Source: Eubacteriales bacterium
Lineage (GTDB): Bacteria > Bacillota > Clostridia > Oscillospirales > CAG-382
Reading direction: 5' to 3'
NCBI GenBank assembly: GCA_045652245.1
Contig: JAZRTY010000033.1
Coordinates: forward strand, 75,863-139,862
Length of the DNA stretch: 64,000 bases
Under the pieces are notes generated by a model that did not search any database, was not told the origin of the DNA, and saw only the letters and a program-made list of their open reading frames with translations. Each line of letters starts with the position of its first letter. The first letter of the stretch is position 1. Positions 9,100 to 16,116 of this stretch are shown in pieces. The translations under genes were made by a program, and so were the position numbers.

Positions 9100-10350
9100 A
9101 TGTCAAAAAATAATTCAAATTTTTTTAAAGAAAAAAATGACTGGTCTTTTATTAAAGATAAACTTTTGGGTTGTTATTTGCCTCCTTATTTTCAAAAAGT
9201 TCTAATGACAAAGAAACCTATATTCTATGTAGATTGCTTTGCTGGTAAAGGAAAATTTGAAGATGGTAACGACGGTTCACCTCTAATTGCATTAAGAGTT
9301 AGAGAGGATTGCTTGAATAGGGCTAATGTTTTTCAGAAATTTGGTGCAATACAACCTTGCTTTATTGAGTTAAATCATGCTGCAGAATTGCAGAAAAACA
9401 TTAGCACGTTCGCTTCCAATTACGGAAACGCTAATGTTATATCAGGCAAATATGAAGAAACAATTTTAGACTGTCTTTCTAATAAGGACAAATATAATAT
9501 TTTTCTATACATAGATCCATATGGAATAAAAGCATTAAATTTTGAGTTGTTTAAAAAATTTAAAACATTAGGATTTAATACATTCGAAATGTTAATTAAT
9601 TTTAATTCATTTGGTTTTTTTCGTGATGCTTGCAGAGTTATGAGTGTCAATTATAGTAATGATGAAGCATTGAATTCATTGGATGATTTGGTTGAATATG
9701 AACCCACTACTTTTGACACAAACTCACAATCAGAAACACTTTTAAATTCAATTGCTGGCGGAGACTATTGGAAAGATATTGTGAAAGATTATAATAACGG
9801 TAAATTTGATGGATATAAGGCAGAACAGATATTATCCGAAAGATATAAACAGCAACTAAAAAAGCATTATTCGTATGTACTTGATTTGCCTATTCGCTTG
9901 AAAGCAGGGCAAAGACCTAAATATCGAATGATACATGCTTGTGATCACAAAGATGGATGCTTTCTAATGGCCCAAAATATGCAAAAGAGAAAAGATGAGT
10001 TGTTTTTAAATATTCAGCAAGGTGGACAACTTACACTTTTTGACATGATGACAGGATGTTCTTCCACGGCAGAAGGAGATTTTATAACAATAGAAGAAAT
10101 TACCCAAAAAGTCGGACAACTTCTTGACAATTATCACGAAATAGGATTGACTGAATACATAGCAGCTTTCGTAAATGAGTATGGCTTAATATGTGATTTT
10201 AAAATGATATACGACAGTTTAAATAGTTTAGCACAGAAAAATGAGATAAAGATTTTACGGAATCCAGCATATACAAAAAACGGAAAGCAATCTACATTTT
10301 GGGAAGAAAGCAAAGACAAAACTGTAACATTAAGGAGGTGTAAATTGTGA
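9100..10350 (+). CDS. tcmP: TcmP-like protein (three-Cys-motif partner protein) with a Rossmann/SAM-methyltransferase-like core
   Basis: The N-terminus FFKEKNDWSFIKDKLLGCYLPPYFQKVL...YVDCFAGKGKFEDGNDGSPLIAL is as I recall for NCBIfam TIGR04474. FAGxG (motif I-like) and FLYIDPYG (DPPY-like) parallel the RsmD in this window (LFSGCG / FLDPPY). The stop overlaps the next start (GTGA). Confidence 0.6.
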   Translation: MSKNNSNFFKEKNDWSFIKDKLLGCYLPPYFQKVLMTKKPIFYVDCFAGKGKFEDGNDGSPLIALRVREDCLNRANVFQKFGAIQPCFIELNHAAELQKNISTFASNYGNANVISGKYEETILDCLSNKDKYNIFLYIDPYGIKALNFELFKKFKTLGFNTFEMLINFNSFGFFRDACRVMSVNYSNDEALNSLDDLVEYEPTTFDTNSQSETLLNSIAGGDYWKDIVKDYNNGKFDGYKAEQILSERYKQQLKKHYSYVLDLPIRLKAGQRPKYRMIHACDHKDGCFLMAQNMQKRKDELFLNIQQGGQLTLFDMMTGCSSTAEGDFITIEEITQKVGQLLDNYHEIGLTEYIAAFVNEYGLICDFKMIYDSLNSLAQKNEIKILRNPAYTKNGKQSTFWEESKDKTVTLRRCKL

Positions 10351-11135
10351 AACAAGTTAAAGGATATATAAAGCGAAAATCCATGCTTTATGTAACTGGC
10401 GTGGAATATGGTGATTATACAATGAATCATGTGTTTGGATGCGCACATGGTTGTAAATATCCTTGTTATGCATATTTGCAAAAAAAACGTTTTGGACAAG
10501 TCGATGGCTATGATAAGTGGACGGAACCATATTTAGTTTCAAATACATTAGAATTATTAGATAAAGAAATTCCTAAGCTGAAAAGCAAAATCAAGTCAGT
10601 GCATTTATGTTTTACAACAGATCCATTTATGTATGGATATGATGACATCTCAGAAATAAGTATCTCGGCAATTAAAAAGATTAATGAGTTTGGCATAAAA
10701 TGTACGGTTTTAACTAAAGGGATTTTACCTAAAGAATTGGCACAATTATCTTCAGAAAACGAGTATGGAATAACTTTGGTTTCATTGAATGAGAATTTTA
10801 GAAGAGAGTATGAGCCTAATTCAGCAACGTTTGATGAAAGAATTCGCGCTTTAAGAGCTTTGCATGAATTGGGGTGCAAGACTTGGGTGAGTATAGAACC
10901 ATATCCTACACCAAATTTTATAGAGCAAAATATTAACGATATCCTTGAGTCTGTCAGTTTTTGTGATAAAATAATTTTTGGAAGAATCCATTACAATAAA
11001 AAAGCTTCGGAATATAAAAATCATAAAGAGTTTTTTAACAAAACAGCTAAGGCGGTTATTGATTTCTGTGAAGAAAGCAATATAGCATATCATATAAAAA
11101 ATGGCACTATAACCGAAGTTAAAACTGAGGAGTAA
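10347..11135 (+). CDS. Three-Cys-motif radical-SAM-like protein (COG1533/SplB-like scaffold) with atypical CX3CX3C spacing
   Basis: GTG start 9 nt after AAGGAGG, overlapping the tcmP stop. GCAHGCKYPCYA is at residues 31-42. TTDPFMY and EPNSATFDERIRALRALHELGCKTWVSIEPYP are arranged as in SPL-like radical SAM enzymes. Confidence 0.6.
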   Translation: MKQVKGYIKRKSMLYVTGVEYGDYTMNHVFGCAHGCKYPCYAYLQKKRFGQVDGYDKWTEPYLVSNTLELLDKEIPKLKSKIKSVHLCFTTDPFMYGYDDISEISISAIKKINEFGIKCTVLTKGILPKELAQLSSENEYGITLVSLNENFRREYEPNSATFDERIRALRALHELGCKTWVSIEPYPTPNFIEQNINDILESVSFCDKIIFGRIHYNKKASEYKNHKEFFNKTAKAVIDFCEESNIAYHIKNGTITEVKTEE

Positions 11136-11138
11136 ATA

Positions 11139-12401
11139 ATGATTAGTCCTAGAATTGTAAAATGTAATTTCTGTAATACAACTATACTTATGAGATTTCA
11201 AATGGGATATTTCGATATCCCGTTTGATTTTGTGTGTCCTAATTGTGGTGTTCATATTAATGGGTTTCAAAACACTGTTCAAAACCAAGATATAGAAATA
11301 CACAATGCAAGTATAATAGAAACAAAAGAACCTGTAGCTGATTATTATTTAAATTTATCAGTAGAATTGCCAAGCAGGAAGATTAGTAAGTACACATCTT
11401 ACGACGATATAATACGAGAGGGGTTCAGCCCGTTTTTGATGACAAGCCAACTATACGGTGATAACTACGAATCAATCACAAGAAGTATTAGCCTTTTCTT
11501 GAATTTAAAAAGAGAATTTTGGCCGAAAATCACACCGTTATATGATTTGTTTTTTAATAAACAAATTGAGTTAATGAAGCCTCAATTACAAATATATTCA
11601 AAAGCATATAATATCATCAATGAACTAGATGCAAGAATGTCATTGCACCAACTACTAGTTAAAATGTTTTTTAAAATTTTGCCTCCAGATTCTTTAAATG
11701 AATTTATTGATACAAGTAAAAAAATTAATGAGAGAAAAACATTGATAAAAGTAATAGAGTTAATTCATAGAATTGGTGGAGAAGAATTTTTTAATAAAAA
11801 TACAAAACGAATTGTCAAAATATTCAACAGATGGATTGATAATTTTGAAAAGTTTGCTCCGATTGTTATGCTTTCATTAGGAAATGCAAAAAATAAAATT
11901 GATAAAAATACATTTGGAATTTCAACAACTAGTCTGGATGAATTCTTGAGCTTTTATTCCGATAGTTATGAAATAATCGCAGATTTAATAGATTTAGTAG
12001 TTGCTTTAAACAACATTTCGATTCGCGGGAATATAGATACTTTTCCTTCCGATTCTACAGTAAAAAACTTTGAAAATTATCAAAAAGCTTCAAAGGCTAA
12101 CAAATTAAAATGTATTGTTGATGGCGAACCTTATAGTAGACCATTAAATTTGGAAAAAGATATTAGAAATGCAATTGCTCATTATGATTATGAATTTGAT
12201 TCTATTACACAAGAGATTCTTTTCAGAGATAATTTTAACGGGAAGCAAAAGGAAATAAAGGTATATCTTGTGGATTTTGCTTGTTTGTGCTATGACAACA
12301 TTGTTGCTCTTTTTTATTTGAATGAAATTATGTATTTATTGCATAAAATTGCTTATATCACAAAGGGATTGAAACCAAATGTAGATCCACGCTTGTTTTG
12401 A
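11139..12401 (+). CDS. Zinc-ribbon protein with a C-terminal HEPN-like (RNxxxH) motif; putative RNase effector
   Basis: Starts 3 nt after the upstream stop, with a GAGGAG RBS. N-terminal CNFC...CPNC four-Cys ribbon. DIRNAIAHYDYEF (R343..H348, nt 12165-12182) fits the HEPN Rx4-6H / Abi_2-type RNxxAH motif. Confidence 0.5.
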   Translation: MISPRIVKCNFCNTTILMRFQMGYFDIPFDFVCPNCGVHINGFQNTVQNQDIEIHNASIIETKEPVADYYLNLSVELPSRKISKYTSYDDIIREGFSPFLMTSQLYGDNYESITRSISLFLNLKREFWPKITPLYDLFFNKQIELMKPQLQIYSKAYNIINELDARMSLHQLLVKMFFKILPPDSLNEFIDTSKKINERKTLIKVIELIHRIGGEEFFNKNTKRIVKIFNRWIDNFEKFAPIVMLSLGNAKNKIDKNTFGISTTSLDEFLSFYSDSYEIIADLIDLVVALNNISIRGNIDTFPSDSTVKNFENYQKASKANKLKCIVDGEPYSRPLNLEKDIRNAIAHYDYEFDSITQEILFRDNFNGKQKEIKVYLVDFACLCYDNIVALFYLNEIMYLLHKIAYITKGLKPNVDPRLF

Positions 12402-12466
12402 GTGCATTTGTTTCATAGATGTGTTTTCGAGTCAAATCGGTATGACAACTTGTGTAAATTTTGAAA

Positions 12467-12495
12467 ATTGTACAATAATTGTACTGAATTTGTAC
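12467..12495 (+). repeat. Three phased direct repeats (A/T)TTGTAC spaced exactly 11 bp apart; candidate operator
   Basis: ATTGTAC at 12467, ATTGTAC at 12478, TTTGTAC at 12489. Followed by two copies of TTGACTATG (12506, 12520). Confidence 0.5.
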
Positions 12496-12505
12496 TATAA
12501 TTGAA

Positions 12506-12534
12506 TTGACTATGATAATTTGACTATGTATAAT
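12506..12534 (+). promoter_or_regulatory. Near-consensus sigma-A promoter
   Basis: TTGACT (12506-12511), 17-nt spacer, TATAAT (12529-12534). Confidence 0.55.
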
Positions 12535-12561
12535 ATAAAATGTAAAGAGAATATGAAAACG

Positions 12562-12589
12562 GCGGCGAGCGAAAGCTTGTCGCTTTTTT
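12562..12589 (+). terminator. Intrinsic terminator (9-bp stem, GAAA loop, T6)
   Basis: GCGGCGAGC-GAAA-GCTTGTCGC followed by TTTTTT. Two G.U pairs make it plus-strand specific. Confidence 0.7.
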
Positions 12590-12598
12590 CTTCTAAAG

Positions 12599-12622
12599 AT
12601 CGGCTTATGCCGGTCTTTTTTT
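12599..12622 (+). terminator. Second tandem intrinsic terminator
   Basis: ATCGGC-TTAT-GCCGGT followed by CTTTTTTT. Confidence 0.55.
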
Positions 12623-12680
12623 ATGCTTAAAATCAGAAGAAACTTATAAATGTCGTATTTTGTCGTACGATTTTTAAAGG

Positions 12681-13410
12681 AATTTTCAGAAAAAGGCTTC
12701 AAAAATTACCGTTTTTTCTGGTGATATATGAGAGGGTGTTTTATTAGCTGTTATTTAAATGGCGATTAGTGTCGAACGATTTTTTAAGAATTTTTCAAAA
12801 AAGGGTTGAAAAATGGCTGTTTTTTATCCTTACTTATGAGGGGTGTTCTTATAAAAGAATTTTTCAAATGTAAAGGTTTCTTTGACGTTTGACTGTTATT
12901 ATGTGCTTACATATAAAAGACTTTTAATTTTTTGAAACTATTTTTTCAATGGTAAAGGTTTTCTATACCATTGACTGATATAATCATCTTAAACAGAAAA
13001 GGATGCCAAAATAATATCAAATTATTTTTTCAAAGGGGTCAAAAAATGAACCCTTTGGCTGCTAAGATAAAGTCGCAAAAGAAAAAAATATAAATTTTTT
13101 TCAAAGGTATAAGTTTTTGTTACCTTTGGCTGTTATTATCACCGTATAAAAAGATTTTTTCTGAAAGGTACGGCGTGAAGCAACCTTTCACTGTTATTAT
13201 AAGTTTGAGCAGAAAAATAATGTCGAAAAGTTTTTTCAAGATTTTTTTGAAACATACGGTAAGCTGCATAGTTTCACTGTTATGATGATGTTAGAAAAAA
13301 TTAAAAATCTTTTTGAAACTACCAATAATTTGGGTGGTTTGGCTGCTATGATAGTAGCAGGAAGACAGATTTTTAAAAAATTTTGTTCAAAACTTAAGGT
13401 TTGGATGTCA
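12681..13410 (+). repeat. Array of about 9-10 degenerate direct repeat units (spacing 61-107 bp). Each unit is a T-tract, a hairpin with covarying stem, then CTGYTATNAT.
   Basis: Hairpin stems: 12687-96/12709-20, 12797-803/12817-23, 12865-71/12885-91, 12947-54/12966-73, 13031-37/13051-57, 13102-09/13121-28, 13162-69/13183-90, 13248-53/13271-76, 13316-23/13333-40. Units 1 and 2 (12661-12746 and 12769-12853) are longer and clearly homologous copies. Confidence 0.7.
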
Positions 13411-13733
13411 GATATGATTTAATAAAAGTACAGACAGAAAAATTTCTTGTTTGGTAAGGTTTTGACATCAAAAATGTTAAGCTTAAATTATGAAATGCAT
13501 TTCAATTGTACCTTGAAAAAGAAAGCACGCAAGATAACGGCGTTGCAGTATAACAAAAAATCGGAAACAGATAATGATACTTCTGTCCAGCCACAGTCCG
13601 AGCGTTAAGAGCGTCGCAGGCAATGGGGACAGTCCGGGCGGATGCCGGGAAGGTGGAATTCCTATGGATGTGTTGATTTCACATCTCCGTATTTTAAAAT
13701 TAAAAATGAAAAATTTTAAGGAGAAATTAAATT

Positions 13734-14129
13734 ATGAAAAAAGCTATTATTTATTTAAGAAATGAAAACAAATTTAAAATGTTCAACAATGAAGTTGAAA
13801 GAGAATTAAGAGACTTTATTGCCACACTTCCGAATGTAAAAGTAACAGATGTGTATGTTGATGTATATGACGATGATGAAAATGAGATGAATCGTGACAT
13901 TGTTTCTAAGATTTTTCGTTCTGCTAAGAATGGAGATTTTCAAATTATTCTGACTAACGACATATCCGGCCTTATGCACAATCGTCTTACTCCATGGTGT
14001 GTTGTGGACGAGCTTAATAAGCTCAGAATAAACATTATATCCAAAGCCAGCACACTTCTCGAAAAAGAAAAGCACATAAGATTAATAATGCAGCAAATGG
14101 ATAAATGGTATGCTGAAGAAATCAGCTGA
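13734..14129 (+). CDS. Small resolvase-domain-like protein lacking the catalytic serine
   Basis: RBS AAGGAGA. KKAIIYLRNENKF aligns with the serine-recombinase N-terminus (compare VAIYCRLSEEDRD in the neighbouring gene), but Ser is replaced by Asn. DFQIILTNDISGL matches the D..lv...DR region with DR lost. Confidence 0.5.
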   Translation: MKKAIIYLRNENKFKMFNNEVERELRDFIATLPNVKVTDVYVDVYDDDENEMNRDIVSKIFRSAKNGDFQIILTNDISGLMHNRLTPWCVVDELNKLRINIISKASTLLEKEKHIRLIMQQMDKWYAEEIS

Positions 14130-14215
14130 ATAATTGTAAAGTAAACTGTAATAACGGACCTGCCCTTGTTCATATTACTGTAATAGCATAATCCACTTAA
14201 AGGAGGCTGACAGTT

Positions 14216-14353
14216 ATGGACAAAAAGAAAACCCAGAAAGACTATGTAAAAAATGTTTATAAAAGCGGCGATTGTCTTGATAAGCGTCAGTTCTCCGAAA
14301 AGTGGATACAACTGATTAACAGACTGGAAAATTCCAAGTCTGTAAAAAAATAG
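14216..14353 (+). CDS. Small basic protein of 45 aa, not in the ORF track; hypothetical
   Basis: AAGGAGG at 14199-14205, then ATG at 14216. Sequence MDKKKTQKDYVKNVYKSGDCLDKRQFSEKWIQLINRLENSKSVKK, stop at 14351-14353. Confidence 0.4.
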   Translation: MDKKKTQKDYVKNVYKSGDCLDKRQFSEKWIQLINRLENSKSVKK

Positions 14354-14421
14354 ACAAGGCGATACGCTATGCGATATAATAAATCCGCAGCGGTTTGTTC
14401 TGTCCAAAAGGAGAGAAAGCG

Positions 14422-15978
14422 ATGGACAAAGTAGCAATTTATTGCCGCTTATCTGAAGAAGACAGAGACAAACTAAACAAAACAGACGATTCTGAAAGTA
14501 TAAAGAATCAAAAATCAATGCTATTGAAGTATGCGATGCAACAAGGGTGGGAAGTTTATAACATTTACAGCGACGACGATTATGCCGGTGCAGATCGAAA
14601 GAGACCTGAATTCAATCGGTTGCTTCATGATGCCGAGGAAGGAAAATTCGATATTGTGCTTTGTAAAACTCAGTCGCGATTTACACGTGAGCTTGAGCTT
14701 GTTGAAAAGTACATACACGGATTGTTTCCGCTTTGGGGAATCAGATTTATCGGGCTTGTTGATAACGCTGATACTGACAACAAAGGTAATAAAAAGGCAA
14801 GGCAGATAAACGGTCTCGTTAATGAGTGGTATCTTGAGGACATGTCTGACAGTATCAAAAGCTCACTTACAATCAGACGACAGAATGGTCAGCACATCGG
14901 TTCCTTTGCACTCTATGGATATATGAAAGATCCAAATCAGAAAGGGCATCTGATTATCGATGAAGAAGCTGCAGAGGTTGTTCGTAAGGTGTTTACATTG
15001 TTTTCGCAGGGAATGGGTAAAACCGCCATAGCAAGGTGGCTTAATGAGAAAGGAATACCTAATCCTACAGAATACAAACATCTGAAAGGTCTCAGGTACA
15101 AACAACCGGAATCAAAAAACAGTACTCTTTGGAGATACTTTGCTATTTCCGATATGTTGGTGAATGAAATTTATATCGGTAATATGGTTCAGGGCAAATA
15201 TGGTAGTGAATCTTACAAAACAAAAGAAAACAAACCACGGCCTAAAGACCAATGGTACAAAGTCGATGGGACACACGAACCGATTATAGACCGTGATCTA
15301 TGGGACAGAGTGCAGAATATGATAAAAAATCGTACAAAGCCCTTTACTACGGGGAATATAGGTATTTTCGCCGGCAAAGTGCATTGCGAGAATTGCGGTT
15401 ACACGATGCGTTCTTCAAAAAGTCGTGGTGAACATTATCTGCAATGTGCTACCAAGCACGTGGCAAATGGCGCTTGTGATGGAGCTTTTATTCCGGTAAA
15501 GAAGCTTGAAAGCATTGTAATTGATGAGCTGAATCGTATGACGAGAGAATTTCTTGATAAGGATGAGCTCGAACAGAAAATTGAGTTTGCCAAGAATCTT
15601 ACTGAGCAAAAGAAAAAGCTTGAATCCGAGGTCGAGAGGTACAGAAAGCTTGTCGACAGTACTTCGCGTGCTGTTAAGGAATGTTATCTTGATAAGGTCA
15701 AGGGCGACATTGATATTGATGAATACAATTCAATTGTCAGAGAGCTGAAAACAGATAAGGCAAAGTATGAGAAAGTCATAACTGACGGAGAGAATCAGAT
15801 AGCAGAAATTGACGAGCGCCTTGCAGCCGGAGATAACCGTCGTGAACTGATTGAGCAGTACACCAATATCACAGAACTTGACCGTGAAACTGTTGACACT
15901 ATGATTGACAAAATCGTTGTCGGCAGACGCATCAAAGGAACTAAAAATTATCCGGTTGAAATCCATTGGAACTTCTGA
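14422..15978 (+). CDS. Large serine recombinase (resolvase domain, recombinase domain, zinc ribbon and coiled coil)
   Basis: The ATG at 14422 follows AAGGAGAG. VAIYCRLSEEDRD holds the catalytic Ser. IVLCKTQSRFTRE. CENCGYTMRS...LQC zinc ribbon. Long coiled-coil C-terminus. Confidence 0.9.
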   Translation: MDKVAIYCRLSEEDRDKLNKTDDSESIKNQKSMLLKYAMQQGWEVYNIYSDDDYAGADRKRPEFNRLLHDAEEGKFDIVLCKTQSRFTRELELVEKYIHGLFPLWGIRFIGLVDNADTDNKGNKKARQINGLVNEWYLEDMSDSIKSSLTIRRQNGQHIGSFALYGYMKDPNQKGHLIIDEEAAEVVRKVFTLFSQGMGKTAIARWLNEKGIPNPTEYKHLKGLRYKQPESKNSTLWRYFAISDMLVNEIYIGNMVQGKYGSESYKTKENKPRPKDQWYKVDGTHEPIIDRDLWDRVQNMIKNRTKPFTTGNIGIFAGKVHCENCGYTMRSSKSRGEHYLQCATKHVANGACDGAFIPVKKLESIVIDELNRMTREFLDKDELEQKIEFAKNLTEQKKKLESEVERYRKLVDSTSRAVKECYLDKVKGDIDIDEYNSIVRELKTDKAKYEKVITDGENQIAEIDERLAAGDNRRELIEQYTNITELDRETVDTMIDKIVVGRRIKGTKNYPVEIHWNF

Positions 15979-16009
15979 GGCAAAGTCTTAAAACTAGTGT
16001 TTTTGCCTC
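15977..16009 (+). terminator. Hairpin overlapping the recombinase stop codon; terminator or part of the att region
   Basis: GAGGCAAA (15977-84) pairs with TTTGCCTC (16002-09), with a 17-nt loop. Confidence 0.35.
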
Positions 16010-16116
16010 AGGTTGTTCTTACAACATCGTAGCTATGAAAAAGCAAGCGCAACAGAAAAAACGACAAAAACCGCATAAAATAAGGCTTTTCGGCAATTCG
16101 GTTTTGTATGTTGCTC

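Noticed and set aside
12553-12630. 25-aa ORF (MKTAASESLSLFSSKDRLMPVFFYA) as a leader peptide
   Set aside because: It has a poor RBS and spacing, and the frame simply runs through both terminator hairpins. There is no supporting evidence.
12358-12702. 114-aa minus-strand ORF. The same applies to 13574..13765 (+) and 13940..14518 (-).
   Set aside because: They run through terminators, repeats or the opposite strand of better-supported genes. They have low-complexity composition and no RBS, so they are treated as spurious.
12661-13480. CRISPR array
   Set aside because: The repeat units are degenerate rather than near-identical. Spacing is irregular at 61-107 bp. The conserved parts flank a variable hairpin rather than separating unique spacers. 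No cas genes are present in the window.
12661-13480. Type III toxin-antitoxin RNA repeats, or an integron attC cassette array, as a definite classification
   Set aside because: No ToxN/AbiQ-type endoribonuclease gene follows the array, and type III antitoxin repeats are short and near-identical. No IntI tyrosine integrase or R''/R' core sites (GTTRRRY) are visible. These are kept only as analogies in the finding.
13575-13705. Known riboswitch (cobalamin-like GGGAAGGTGGAATTCC and CCACAG, or ykkC-like GTCCGAGCG)
   Set aside because: The matching fragments are in the wrong order and the block is far too short for a cobalamin aptamer. The ykkC resemblance is a single short word. No convincing consensus secondary structure could be drawn by eye.
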